Source: Macrostomum lignano
Lineage: Eukaryota
DNA length: 64,000 nt
Direction of reading: 5' to 3'
Assembly (NCBI GenBank): GCA_002269645.1
Contig: NIVC01001350.1
Coordinates: forward strand, 124,001-188,000
The notes under the pieces are model-generated. The model ran no database searches. It saw only the letters and a program-made list of their open reading frames with translations, and was not told where the DNA came from. Position 1 is the first letter of the stretch, and each line of letters starts with the position of its first letter. The position numbers and the translations under genes are program-made. Shown piece by piece: positions 42,114-55,352 of this stretch.

Positions 42114-42990
42114 GTGTGAACTGGTGAACTTGTGAACTGGTGAACTTGTGAACTGGTGAACTTGTGAACTGGTGAACTTGTGAACTTGTGAACTGGTGAA
42201 CTTGTGAACTGGTGAACTTGTTAACTGGTGAACTTGTGAACTGGTGAACTTGTGAACTGGTGAACTTGTAAACTGGTGAACTTGTGAACTTGTGAACTGG
42301 TGAACTTGTGAACTGGTGAACTGGTGAACTTGTGAACTGGTGAACTTGTGAACTGGTGAACTTGTGAACTGGTGAACTTGTGAACTTGTGAACTGGTGAA
42401 CTGGTGAACTTGTGAACTGGTGAACTTGTTAACTGGTGAACTTGTGAACTGGTGAACTTGTGAACTGGTGAACTTGTAAACTGGTGAACTTGTGAACTGG
42501 TGAACTTGTGAACTGGTGAACTTGTGAACTGGTGAACTTGTGAACTGGTGAACTTGTGAACTGGTGAACTTGTGAACTGGTGAACTTGTGAACTTGTGAA
42601 CTGGTGTGAACTTGTGAACTGGTGAACTTGTGAACTTGTGAACTGGTGAACTTGTGAACTTGTGAACTGGTGAACTTGTGAACTCGTGAACTTGTGAACT
42701 GGTGAACTTGTAAACTGGTGAACTTGTAAACTGGTGAACTTGTGAACTTGTGAACTGGTGAACTTGTGAACTGGTGAACTTGTGAACTGGTGAACTTGTG
42801 AACTGGTGAACTTGTGAACTGGTGAACTTGTGAACTGGTGAACTTGTGAACTGGTGAACTTGTGAACTGGTGAACTTGTGAACTGGTGAACTTGTGAACT
42901 GGTGAACTTGTGAACTGGTGAACTTGTGAACTGGTGAACTTGTGAACTGGTGAACTTGTGAACTGGTGAACTTGTGAACTGGTGAACTAA
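42114..42990. repeat. 16-bp satellite (TGAACTGGTGAACTTG)n beginning right after the stop codon
   Basis: Built from 9- and 7-bp TGAACT subunits. Confidence 0.95.
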
Positions 42991-43529
42991 CGAATTGATG
43001 AGCTCGTATGTGCACCACACCTGCTTCTTTAAATAACATGTCCTATCAAAGCTATTGAATCAGTTTTCTAGCGTTTTTCTGTATTCTAATATTTTTATAG
43101 TTCAATATGCAGACAGAATTGAAGGCATTTATATGTAACCTGCTACTACACAATGCCTTGGTGGTTGCATAAACTCGGTCAAAAGAAAAACCTTTAAGAT
43201 GCTTATTCAGCACCTCCTTTGATGCAGAAATTGCCAAAAAGAAATTGTCTTTTATTCTGATCACTGTCCGTTTCTTTGTTTGGGTAATTATGCCCTTTTC
43301 GGGTGTCAGCGGACCTGCCTGTAGCAACTTGTCAGTGTCATGTCCGATGTCACTTATTTTTTATTATTGTTTAGTTTGTATAAAACTGTTAACAAAGGAC
43401 TAAAATTTAATATTGTAATATTCCAGTAGGCGGATAGGGGGAAGGGGGAAATTAGTCAACTGAATTTTATTTCACATTTGATCTCAGATTCGACCACCAA
43501 CTTGTGAGTGACTGCAACAATTTCTGACA

Positions 43530-43885
43530 ACGTGACGCATGACAAGACAATAAGACAACACGACAACGACAATATGACAAAAACTACATCATGACAATAT
43601 GACAACACGAGTACACGACATGACAACAACAATATAACAACATGACAACACGACAACGACAATATGACAACACGACAACGACAATATGACAACACGACAA
43701 CGACAATATGACAACACTACAACATGACAACACTACATTATGACAATATGACATTATGACAATACAACATGACAACACTACATTATGACATTACGACAAC
43801 ACGAGTACACGAAATGAAAATACAACACGACAACATGACAACACAACATGAAAACGTGACATGACAATACGACACGACAACGTGA
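43530..43885. repeat. Degenerate (ATGACAAC/ACGACAAC)n repeat
   Basis: Short-period imperfect repeat. Confidence 0.85.
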
Positions 43886-44048
43886 ACACGAAGAACTATC
43901 GTCTGGCATGTACACACTGTATCCCTCCCGTGTGTTCGCTTTCATAAGTTGGAGAATTCGGACTGAGAGTTTTGGACTTGTTGAAGTTGAATCCCAAATT
44001 GATTCGCGGAATCGAGTCTGGGCTCCCGAGAACCATCTCAATATTATG

Positions 44049-45305
44049 TTAATAATATTCGTTGACATAAACACGTAGCACAGCCAGTGTCAGAGTGGGC
44101 AGAGTCATTAGCAGGGCAGTAGCGGTTTGCCAAGTTGCGCCGTTGCACAAACCGCGGTCGCTGCAGCAGCTGTAGCAGGTCTGGCCCCGTCTGCGGCACA
44201 GGTCCTTGGCTGAGGACTGCGGCTGTTGGCGGCATTGGCGGGCGTCCATGCAGCCCTGAGGGGCGATTTGATGATTTTGATTCTGTTATTAAATGATTCT
44301 CACTTGAGTCTCATCAGATTCTCACTTGAGTCTCATCAGATTCTCACTTGAGTCTCATCAGATTCTCACTTGAGTCTCATCACATTCTCACTTGTCTCAT
44401 CACATTCTCACTTGAGTCTCATCAGATTCTCACTGGAATCTCATCAGATTCTCACTTGAGTCTCATCAGATTCTCACTTGAGTCTCATCAGATTCTCACT
44501 GGAATCTCATCACATTCTCACTTGAGTCTCATCAGATTCTCACTGGAATCTCATCAGATTCTCACTGGAATCTCATCACATTCTCACTTGAGTCTCATCA
44601 GATTCTCACTGGAATCTCATCAGATTCTCACTTGAGTCTCATCACATTCTCACTTGAGTCTCATCACATTCTCACTTGAGTCTCATCAGATTCTCACTTG
44701 AGTCTCATCAGATTCTCACTGGAATCTCATCAGATTCTCACTTGAGTCTCATCACATTCTCACTTGAGTCTCATCAGATTCTCACTTGAGTCTCATCAGA
44801 TTCTCACTTGAGTCTCATCAGATTCTCACTTGAGTCTCATCAGATTTTCACTTGAGTCTCATCAGATTCTCACTTGAGTCTCATCAGATTTTCACTTGAG
44901 TCTCATCAGATTCTCACTTGAGTCTCATCACATTCTCACTTGAGTCTCATCAGATTCTCACTTGAGTCTCATCACATTCTCACTTGAGTCTCATCAGATT
45001 CTCACTTGAGTCTCATCAGATTCTCACTTGAATGCCATCAGATTCCACTAAAATCTCACTAAGCGCCAGTGAAATAAGTTACTCTACTAATGAATTACAC
45101 AAATGTAAGACACTGGCAAAATGCCCAGCACTTGCCATGGAGTAAACCTTGGCGGCCGGGATTCCTCTCGGGTCCGGGATCTCGGCTTTGAAGCAGCAGT
45201 GGGAAGCCGATCTGCATAGGGTCACGGTTGACAGGCAGATTGACAGGTCTTTGGATGAGCTGCAGCTGTAGCAGCTGAGCTGCTGGGTATGAGCTGTGCT
45301 GGCTG
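44049..45305 (-). CDS. Ly6/uPAR (three-finger) GPI-anchored protein, 5'-partial; join(complement 45305..45136, 44255..44049)
   Basis: QLSCYSCSSSKDLSICLSTVTLCRSASHCCFKAE...VYSM|GCMDARQC...CRRRGQTCYSCCSDRGLCNGA followed by a hydrophobic GPI-type tail; CCxxDxLCN is the LU-domain end motif. Signal-peptide exon not located. Confidence 0.8.
44290..45050. repeat. 22-bp minisatellite (GAGTCTCATCAGATTCTCACTT)n in the Ly6 intron
   Basis: Tandem copies. Confidence 0.95.
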
Positions 45306-45423
45306 CTGCAGTTTTGAGTCGAGGGTAAGCAATCGTACATGTTAGTTTCCGTCTATATCGATGTCTATGGGCAAGACCAAATCCACTGCTGTCAAATGGC
45401 AATTCTCAACTTGGTAAGACTTA

Positions 45424-45655
45424 GCTATAGCTTTTTGCAGTCCGTTTGGGCTTACACGCATTGAATTTAGTCTAAGATAGGTTTGTCAAAGTAATGCCGC
45501 TTTTGTCTATGGTAGCAAGGCAGGCACAGCAGCATTTAATTTGGTCCAATTTTGGTCCTTGCTACCATAGACAAAAGCGCCATACTTTGGCAAACATATA
45601 TATCTTGGATGAAATTCAATGCGTGTCAGTTCAAATGGGCTGCACAATGCTATAC
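45424..45655. mobile_element. Foldback/MITE-like inverted repeat (arms about 100 bp, short spacer)
   Basis: TATAGC..TTGCAG.CC.TTTG..CT.ACACGCATTGAATTT...CGCTTTTGTCTATGGTAGCAAGG versus CCTTGCTACCATAGACAAAAGCG...AAATTCAATGCGTGT...GCTATA. Confidence 0.7.
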
Positions 45656-46399
45656 TGACTTGGCTTAAAAAGCAATAGTTAATACGATGAACTGTCTATG
45701 GCCGAAATAGAGCCAAAACTCTATTATTAACCGCCCCGATAATAGCAAATGGTCAGCTTTCAGAAGTTTATGTAAAGAAAACAAAAATAGTCTCTGTTCT
45801 GCTTAAGCTTCAAGTTGTAAATATATCCGCTTAGAGCCTTAGAAAGCTGCGCAATTGCTTATAGCAGACAGTCGCAGCTTGTGCCCGTGCCAATGCAGTT
45901 AATTTATACAGAATTAACGATTTGCTCACTCGCGCTAATGAGGCCCGCACACTCAAGATACACAACACTTTGTCCATGAATGCAAGAAAATATACTTTAC
46001 TCGCATTCTAAAGCAGACTTTGCTGCACCTCTGCATGCAGTCCCATGCCATTTCCATTGCAGGAAAGTTATAACACTTGGGCTTCGCTTCCTCAGCTTTG
46101 TGCAAACATTAACAGTTGGGGGGGGGGCATGGCGCACCTTTTGTCCCTGCATGGGTAGAGTTGAATAAATCAATTGGAGCCTTTGCACTGTCTCGCTGCT
46201 CAACACATGTATGCGGGTCATTGCCAGCACCGCGCTATCTACCCGTAGAGTGTAAGTGCAAAATACTACAGTAATGGAACAAAATATTTTACGTGTAGTA
46301 CAGTTTTTTGCTATTTAAAGTCTAGCCAGGCTGAATTTAATCCGAGATTTTATTGACAGCTGAATGAACACACTCAGTTCTGATATATTTATCTCTGAG

Positions 46400-47485
46400 A
46401 TATTACATTAGACTCTGTGACATAATAATTAGCTCTGAGACATGACTCTAGACTCTGTGACATGATAATTAGCTCTGAGACATGACTCTAGACTCTGTGG
46501 CATAATAATTAGCTGTGAGACATGACTCTAGACTCTGTGACATGATAATTAGCTCTGAGACATGACTCTGGACTCTGTGGCATGATAATTAGCTCTGAGA
46601 CATGACTCTAGACTCTGTGACATGATAATTAGCTCTGAGACATGACTCTAGACTCTGTGGCATGATAATTAGCTCTGAGACATGACTCTAGACTCTGTGG
46701 CATGATAATTAGCTCTGAGACATGACTCTAGACTCTGTGACATAATAATTAGCTCTGAGACATGACTCTAGACTCTGTGACATGATAATTAGCTCTGAGA
46801 CATGACTCTAGACTCTGTGACATGATAATTAGCTCTGAGACATGACTCTGGACTCTGTGACACGATAATTAGCTGTGAGACATGACTCTGGACTCTGTGG
46901 CATGATAATTAGCTCTGAGACATGACTCTAGACTCTGTGACATGATAATTAGCTCTGAGACATGACTCTAGACTCTGTGGCATAATAATTAGCTGTGAGA
47001 CATGACTCTAGACTCTGTGACATGATAATTAGCTCTGAGACATGACTCTGGACTCTGTGGCATGATAATTAGCTCTGAGACATGACTCTAGACTCTGTGA
47101 CATGATAATTAGCTCTGAGACATGACTCTAGACTCTGTGGCATGATAATTAGCTCTGAGACATGACTCTAGACTCTGTGGCATGATAATTAGCTCTGAGA
47201 CATGACTCTAGACTCTGTGACATGATAATTAGCTCTGAGACATGACTCTAGACTCTGTGGCATGATAATTAGCTCTGAGACATGACTCTAGACTCTGTGA
47301 CATGATAATTAGCTCTGAGACATGACTCTAGACTCTGTGGCATAATAATTAGCTCTGAGACATGACTCTAGACTCTGTGACATGATAATTAGCTCTGAGA
47401 CATGACTCTAGACTCTGTGGCATGATAATTAGCTCTGAGACATGACTCTAGACTCTGTGGCATGATAATTAGCTCTGAGACATGA
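46400..47485. repeat. 40-bp minisatellite (GACTCTGTGACATGATAATTAGCTCTGAGACATGACTCTA)n
   Basis: About 27 copies; the unit is a diverged 20+20 dimer. Confidence 0.95.
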
Positions 47486-48179
47486 TTCTATGATTCTAAT
47501 AATATCAATAATTCCAATAATATCGCATGATTCTATGTGATATTATCCTTTATTTAAGAACCCCCACAGCCCGAGGTAAATGAGGAGCCGAACTGATATT
47601 GTGTAATGTACAACAGAAATGCATCAGCATAAATATATGTTCACAGAGGAAACAGCAAACAAGACATAGTATAATAATTCAACTGGCTATATTTAAAAAT
47701 TCGTGGTTAATGTAAATTCATAAGTCATTAAAGAGATCATGATTAAGCGCATTTTACAATAGCAGTAAAAATGTTTTACAATATCAGATCTGCAGCAATC
47801 AATAAGAGTTTAGACATGCCATCGAGAAATAATATAGATAATTCAAACAGCTTAACAGATAAAAGGACGCAATAATTACTATGAATATTTCGCTATTCCA
47901 AACTCGTCTCCAACAACCCTGATTGGCTACTCATAGTAGATGATGCACAGGCTGTATTACTAAAAGAGTTGAATAGCAAGAGCACAGAAAGTCTGGAAAA
48001 AGAAAAAAAGGCGTTAGTAATTGGTGCTGCAGCAAAATAAGCTTGTTTGTGCTGCTTTAAACTTTGCAAAAGGCAGAAATAATTAAGTAAATATTAACAA
48101 AGCAAAAGGAAAGAAAGGATTACATGTAGATATAACGTAATTTCATAAACATTTGATCATTTATATGCATAATCGGACC

Positions 48180-48630
48180 CTGATTCCAGTCCAATTGGCT
48201 GGAGCCTGCTACACCCATCTCACTCCCATCCGATCCAATTGGCTGGGGCCTGCTACACCCACTTCACTCCAGTCCGATCCAATTGGCTGGAGCCTGCTAC
48301 ACCCACTTCACTCCAGTCCGATCCAATTATTGGCTGGAGCCTGCTACACCCACTTCACTCCAGTCCGATCCAATTATTGGCTGGAGCCTGCTACACCCAC
48401 TTCACTCCAGTCCGATCCAATTATTGGCTGGAGCCTGCTACACCCACTTCACTCCAGTCCGATCCAATTATTGGCTGGAGCCTGCTACACCAACTTCACT
48501 CCAGTCCGATCCAATTATTGGCTGGAGCCTGCTACACCAACTTCACTCCAGTCCGATCCAATTGGCTGGGGCCTGCGACACCCATCTCACTCCAGTCCGA
48601 TCCGAGTGGTTGGAGCCTGCTACACCCACC
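48180..48630. repeat. 41-44-bp minisatellite (CAGTCCGATCCAATT(ATT)GGCTGGAGCCTGCTACACCCACTTCACTC)n
   Basis: About 10 copies downstream of the SPATA6-like stop. Confidence 0.92.
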
Positions 48631-48726
48631 CCACTCAAACCTGACTCGTGAGAAAACTCACCTCAATCTGATAGGCAAAACATCATTCATATTAACTCCA
48701 CTGCCTGACTATCACAGCCAGCTAAA

Positions 48727-50441
48727 TTAGTACACCTGCGAGTCTCTCAGCGGCGGCCGCCTCGACCGGTAAGCCGGCGCCTCGCCGTATCGATCGGCGG
48801 TCCGGTGCCGCAGGCTGCTGGCCAGCACCGGGTTGTAGCGCGAGTCCATCAGGGAGCTGCCCGAACCGGGCGCCAGGCACTCGGCCTCGCCCCATTCCGG
48901 GTACTCGTGCGCGAACGGCGCGTACGGCCGCTCGTAGTACCACAGCTCGCCGCTGGAGTCGCTCCGTCGAAGCCGCGACGCCGATGCCCGGCGTCGCCGA
49001 GATCCGCGTCGACCGTAGTCCTCGTAGTCGTAGTCAGCTCGGCGCCGATGCGTCGGAGAACTGTCCGCGCTGCCGCCGCCGCCGCCACCGCCTCCGCTGC
49101 GGCCTCCCTGGTAGCCCCAGGCGGTCTCGCCCAGCGCCTCCTCCTCCGGGTCCATCAGCTGACGCGGCGGCCGCAACCGGGTGCGAATATTGTGCAGCAC
49201 CGGCTTCCTGCCAGTCAGCCCGTCGGCCACGTGGCGCACCACGAACGGCGGCCGGTCGTCGGTGCGGTAGCCGGCCCGGCGGTCCTCGCCGGCTGCTGCG
49301 GTCGCTGAGTCGTCGACCTTCGACATCGACGGCGGCCGTTTGCCATGACGACGTGCTCGACGGTCGACGCTGTCGATGGCGGCGGCGGCAGAGCGGCGCG
49401 GCTGGGTCACCTCCCCGCCGAAGTCGTCGCCAACGCTGCCAGAGTAGCTGGTGCGCAGCTCCTGAACCACGGTGTAAGTGCAGAACTCCAGCTTCGGGCT
49501 GACGCCGGAGAAGTCGACTGTGCGGGCCATCAGGGCCTCCCGGCCGGTGTGGCAGGCGGGCTTGGAGGTGGGGGCGCTGGGGAACAGAAACTCGCGTCCG
49601 TCCGAGTCGAAGTAGGCGAGCAAGCGGCTGCCGCGGAAGGCGTCGGTGGCCTGACGGAGCTCGATGGCGATGGGCAGCTCCTCCAGCCGGTCCACAACGT
49701 CGCGCGGGTCGGAGGCTGGCCAGAAGTTCTTCTCGAAGCGGAACCGCTCGTGGACTCGAAGTGGGAAGACGGGCGCCACTAGGCGGGAGCGCTTGACCTG
49801 CGGAGGGAATTTGGGAGCTCAGTGGTTGAGTTCCAGCTTCAGTGCGGGTGTCAGTCGGTTCAGAAGGATGTCAGGATGTTTTTCAGGGATGTCAGACTCC
49901 TTGCGAAGAGGTCAAACTTTGAAGAGTGTCAAGATCTCTGCATGCATCAGAATGTCAGGATCTCAATGAAGATGTCATGGTCTCTATAAAGATGTCATGG
50001 TCTCTATGAAGATGTCATGGTCTCTATGAGGATGTCAGGATCTCAATGAAGACGTCATGATCTCTATAAAGATGTCATGGTCTCTATGAAGATGTCATGG
50101 TCTCTGATAATGTCAGGGTGTCATAAACGAAGATGCCAGTATCTCTATGAGAATTTAAGAATATTCATTCGAATGTCAAAACATTGATGTCACACTCCTT
50201 ATCAACGAACCCGATAATATTTGTATGTAAAGAGATGTCATTTCAGTAGGACGGATACTTTCACGATATTGCCTATAAAAGCTTAACAGAAACGAGTTTT
50301 TAAACAAAACAGCTGACTCCCAACCTGATTTAAGAAGTCAATTGTGAGGTAGACGTCGTCCCTATGAGGCAGCCAAGTACCGGGGGACACAACCAGCTCT
50401 ATCGTTATTTCTGCCGTGCACCGAAATCCTTTTGGAGCCAT
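48727..50441 (-). CDS. SPATA6: Spermatogenesis-associated protein 6-like; join(complement 50441..50325, 49797..48727), 395 aa
   Basis: MAPKGFRCTAEITIELVVSPGTWLPHRDDVYLTIDFLNQ|VKRSRLVAPVFPLRVHERFRFEKNF..DPRDVVDRLE..EFLFP..SPKLEFCT and DDRPPFVVRH parallel the SPATA6 N-terminal domain and RPPFVxRH motif; phase-0 GT-AG intron. Confidence 0.88.
49960..50110. repeat. 20-bp repeat (GATGTCATGGTCTCTATGAA)n in the SPATA6-like intron
   Basis: About 7 imperfect copies. Confidence 0.85.
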
Positions 50442-51372
50442 CCCGCACTGTACTGGCTGCTGCAACCAAATCAAATATGTTAAGCTGCTATCAATTTAGT
50501 ATCTATTTGCAAATCCAAGCTTAACTTTAGGATTTAATGCCTTGTCAACTAATTTAATATTAATAATTGATTTTATCATGCAATGGCTAAAAATGTTCAA
50601 TCTTGAAAAATTACTACATGCAAGTACATAAAGGAAGGACATAATTTTTCTAGAATTGTTTTTTGCATTTGGTTAGTAGAAATCAAAAACAAAAAGATAT
50701 TTCTCTGCCTTTATTTGATAGTCGATGGTAAACAGTGTTAGATTTATACTCATAAAATTTCAAAATTAGTAAGAGAAAAAAGTCTTGCAAAGCTACAGAA
50801 AAAAATAGAAAGCTGTTCCCTTCCCTGTAGTTACTTAATGTCTAATGCAATTTAAAATTAAAAGCTTTAGTCTTTTGAAAATAATTTTTAAGCCTAGCAG
50901 CAAAGTTAAAGCATGAAGAAAAAATTGTCCCTTATTTTAGCACATTTTAGTTATTTTAATTCCGTTTTCAGAATATTTTTGTTCAACTACCAAATAGACA
51001 CTAGATTTATTAATTTAGTTTACTCACACACTTCTACTTAAGTTTCATATTAGGTATATACAGATATTACAAATAAAGTAAGGCAATAATATGTTAATTT
51101 CATTTTGTCAGTAATTCCGATCTATATAATCAATATTTAATAATATATTTAATGTCTCCTATACTTAGTATACTAGAGGCTATGACAAGTCATTGGTCTT
51201 GATTCTCGAAAATACTCTAACATAAATGCATAAGTAATTCACTTTGTCATTTTTGCTGCATTCAGACCAGTTTAGACTAATAATCTATCTACAATATTTT
51301 CATTGACGATTACAATAATTTTTAAAGAGAGCAGATTTAGTAGTTAAATATGCGCCAAAGAATTTACGGCTT

Positions 51373-51386
51373 GTTGCCATGGCAAA
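51373..51386. promoter_or_regulatory. RFX X-box upstream of SPATA6-like
   Basis: GTTGCCATGGCAAA, 13/14 match to the palindromic X-box GTTGCCATGGCAAC, about 930 nt 5' of the ATG. Confidence 0.6.
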
Positions 51387-52657
51387 TTGTTAAAACCACC
51401 AAAAATAGCACAACTCTTTAAATAACGAGTAAATGTTATGCAAAGTATAGAACACCGAGACTGGGAAAAATAAACTTATAGCAATTTTTTTTTCATTTTT
51501 ACAAAAACTAGGCTTTTTTATTTTCATATCTAGCCGTTATCTTCAGTTTTCTCTGTTCAATACTTTCGTTTACAGGCGTCGGTCCTTGACTGACACCTAA
51601 CTACGAATGATATGTACTCAAAAATCTTTTCAGGATTAACTGCACCCACATCAAAAAAATAAATTTCAACATACACATGCATATACTAGCGAATTAAATG
51701 CATGCGCATATAACTCAGAACTATACTGCCGTGCAATTCATGTATGTCTTCACAGAAATGTACAGCAGCCCAAAGTGTATGCGAAACGCACATGACGGCT
51801 TCATTCGATTCAAGACTCGAGACCATTACAAATCTTGCTTTAAAACAACCGCACCAGGCTGGGGTGATTTAAGAATTTTTGCAAATTTTGCATGTACCTT
51901 TAATTACAATAATATATATAGAGATCTCGTGTGTTGATGGAACTGATGAAAAACAATTAATCTGAGTTGGTTAATACAGCTATACACATGTTAGCTTTAG
52001 ACAAATGAAGTATTACAACGCTGTTGCGCTGTACATATTCGATTTTCTTAGAAATGATTGCTGGAGGCCGGTATGGAACAACTTTCGGTTTTTCGAGCAG
52101 CATATTTCTCGACCGAACGTATACTTGTCTATGGCGAACCTCCATAATTCAAGGCTATGTGCTCTCTTCTAGACAAACAAATGAAGCTCATTTTATTATG
52201 ACTCTAACTCATTTTTAAGAAAACCAAGGGCACAGATTGGCTATACGGTTTAGCATCTCAAAATGGATTTGCATCAGTAATATAAAAAAAAAATTACGCG
52301 CTTCTGTAAAGCAGCAGTACGAGTATATAGCGTGATACTGGTAAACTGCATGTATCGTGTTACGCGCATCTACTTCTGTGTATAAAAATAATCTTTATGT
52401 CAATATTAGTCGCTATCGTGAATTACCCAGTCACGTGTACAACAGGAATATCAGCTCTGTTTACCAGCTCTTTTGGCAGCAACTTCTGTCCTGCACGTCA
52501 GTCACGAATATCGCGCATCTATTAACTTCGCTTATCTGATCTCCGCAACCGTCTTCACTGAAACACAATTATAGCAAACTCGCTCGCAACTAAAAATAAC
52601 ATCGCAATCAAGATATACAAGACTGCATGCCTGGCCTCGTCAAGGATGATGCAGCCT

Positions 52658-52664
52658 TATAAAA
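52658..52664 (+). promoter_or_regulatory. TATA box of the lipase gene
   Basis: TATAAAA about 90 nt before the ATG at 52750. Confidence 0.55.
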
Positions 52665-52749
52665 ACCGAGAGAGACAACGTTAAATTCGTCGCTGGTTTC
52701 ACAGTTCATCCACTCTATTTGGCCAACTTCAAAGACCGCACGACTGCTG

Positions 52750-55113
52750 ATGGCTCCGCTGAGACTGTCAGGCCTCATTACCGCGCTGCTGCTGCTGCTC
52801 AACTGCAGCCTGCTGGTGCATCAAGCCGGCAGCGTTGATCCGCTCTACATGTACGACCTAACGGCATCGTCGTTCGTCAAGGACGGCCAGGCCGACGACT
52901 CTTGGCAGGCAAGCCGGTTCAGCCCTCAGCTCAGCTACCTGTCCTTGGTGGCCTCGGCTGCCGCCTACGCCTCAGGAGCTGTGGGCAGCTGCTACCAAAA
53001 CAGCGGCCTAGCGGGCACCTACGGACCAATGAGGAACGTGCGCCAGGTGTCCGTGCCGGCCTACTGGAAAACCATTGGCGGCACCTGGTCCGGCTTTGTG
53101 GCCCGGCTGCCGAGGAAACGCATCACCATGGTATGCGGAGCGGGGGATGCTGGGAGAAAGATGACCTTCACTGTTCTTTACTGCCTTGTACTGGTGTGGG
53201 TCTTGTACTGGTGTGTGTTGGTCCTGTAGTGTGTGTGTTCATCTTGTACTGGCGTGTGTATTGGTCTTGTACTGTGTGTGTTGGTCTTGTACTGGTCTTT
53301 GTGTGAGTCTTGTACTGGTCTGTGTGTGAGTCTTGTACTGGTCTGTTTGTGGGTCTTGTACTGGTATGTGTGTTAGTCTTGTACTGGTCTGTTTGTGAGT
53401 CTTGTACTGGTCTGTGTGTGGGTCTTGTACTGGCTAGCACATGTCTTGTACTGGTCTGTGTGTGGGTCTTGTACTGGCTAGTACATGTTTTGTACTGGCT
53501 AACACATGTCTTGTACTGGCTACCAAATGTCTTGTACTGGCTAACACATGTCTTGTACTGGCATCCCCCATCATCCTTCTCCAGATCGTCTTCCGCGGCA
53601 CCAACCAAGACGGGCAGCTGATTGTCGAACTGCTCAGCGTGCTCAAAACGCCGCCGGTGCCGTCCCCTGTCGGAGGCCGGGTGCAGGCGTACTTCAGCAT
53701 GGCTCAGCGGGCGGTCTGGTCTAAACTGGAGCCGGCGTTTGCCCAAATCCGTTCGGCGAATCCGGGAGACGCGATTCTGGTGACGGGCCACTCGCTTGGC
53801 GGGGCGATGGCGGCCCTGACGGCAGTCCAGCTGGCGGCCAAACGGCTGCGACCTCAGATGTTCACCTTCGGGGAGCCCCGGGTGGGCGACGCGACGTTTT
53901 CGGCGGCGTTCGACAAACTGATGGCCGGCGGCAGCAGCTGGCGGGTGGTCAACGGGCGGGTGAGTGAGGGATGAGGGCTGAAGGATGAGGGATGAGAGCT
54001 GAGGGATGAGGGATGAGGGCTGAGGGATGAGGGATGAGGGCTGAGGGATGAGAGCTGAGGGCTGAGGGCTGAGGGATGAGGGATGAGGGATCAGGGCTGA
54101 GGGATGAGAGCTGAGGGCTGAGGGCTGAGGGCTGAGGGCTGAGGGATGAGGGATGAGGGCTGAGGGCTGAGGGCTGAGGGCTGAGGGCTGAGGGCTGAGG
54201 GCTGAGGGCTGAGGGCTGAGGGATGAGAGCTGAGGGCTGAGGGCTGAGGGATGAGAGCTGAGGGCTGAGGGCTGAGGGCTGAGGGCTGAGGGCTGAGGGC
54301 TGAGGGCTGAGGGCTGAGGACTGAGGGCTGAGGGCTGAGGGATGAGGGCTGAGGGCTGAGGGCTGAGGGCTGAGGGCTGAGGGCTGAGGGCTGAGGGATG
54401 AGGGATGAGGGCTGAGGGATGAGGGATGAGGGCTGAGGGCTGAGGGCTGAGGGCTGAGGGCTGAGGGATGAGGGCTGAGGGATGAGGGATGAGGGATGAG
54501 GGATGAGGGATGAGGGATGAGGGATGAGGGATGAGGGATGAGGGATGAGGGATGAGGGATGAGGGATGAGGGATGAGGGATGAGGAGTCCACGAAGGGTC
54601 AGAGGGAGACGATGGAAGTCAAAAGTCAGAGTCAGCAGGAATTTTAATAATCAAGAAATAGACCCCTGGAGAGACGTGTAGAGTCAGGGAGAGATCAGTA
54701 GAGTCAGGGGTGACTGCAGTTATTGGCAGCTCAGCTCAACTGTTACCCCACAGGACCCGGTGGTGCACCTGCCGCTGTGCCGGGGCCCTCTGGAGCGGTG
54801 CCAGCCGGACCAGAAGTCGGGCCCGTACCATCACGGCACGGAGGTGTTCTACCCGTCCGGCATGAGGCCGAACTCTCCAAGCGGATTTCGAATTTGCCAA
54901 GGCAAGCCGAAGAACGAAGACCGGAACTGCGCGGACTCGCCGAAGGTGTTCCTGCCGTGCCTCACCAAGATGGCCTCCTGCATCGGCTCGCACCTGAATT
55001 ACTACGGCATCAAGGTGAGCAAGTGGTGGAGCAGCTCGCAGTGCAAGCCCAAGAAGGAGAGCGACGAAAAAATCATGGGCCGACTGTTGATGGAGAGCGT
55101 AATAAACAGCTGA
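52750..55113 (+). CDS. Secreted class-3 (fungal-type) lipase, 371 aa; join(52750..53130,53585..53959,54754..55113)
   Basis: Signal peptide MAPLRLSGLITALLLLLNCSLLVHQAGS; IVFRGT, nucleophile elbow TGHSLGGAMA, TFGEPRVGD, DPVVHLP, YHHGTEVFY and C-terminal His (GSHLNYYG). All introns phase-0 GT-AG. Confidence 0.95.
53170..53565. repeat. ~22-bp minisatellite (CTTGTACTGGTCTGTGTGTGGGT-like) in lipase intron 1
   Basis: Imperfect tandem copies. Confidence 0.9.
53962..54585. repeat. 7-bp satellite (GAGGGAT/GAGGGCT)n in lipase intron 2
   Basis: Starts immediately after the donor GTGAGT. Confidence 0.95.
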
Positions 55114-55199
55114 TTGATCGGCTGGCTGATGGAGGATTGATTTTTGTATCCAATAGTTCACGATTTCTGTTCTTAACTATCAGGCAATTGATTCTCTTG

Positions 55200-55294
55200 G
55201 TGAATACCTGGCAGATGAAGTCTACTTGTTTGACTGACTAATTAACTTGAACCTCAATTGATTGGGTGATTGACTGATGTAGGATTGGTTGTTG

Positions 55295-55352
<58 letters not shown>

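Noticed and set aside
43052-43327. 91-aa minus-strand ORF (possible transposase scrap)
   Set aside because: AT-rich, no motif recognised, no splice support.
45880-45980. MDKVLCILSVRASLAR as the Ly6 signal-peptide exon
   Set aside because: Its donor is phase 0 but the downstream acceptor needs phase 1.
46400-47485. Regular 40-bp array as CRISPR-like
   Set aside because: No unique spacers, eukaryotic context, no cas genes; the same holds for all arrays in the window.
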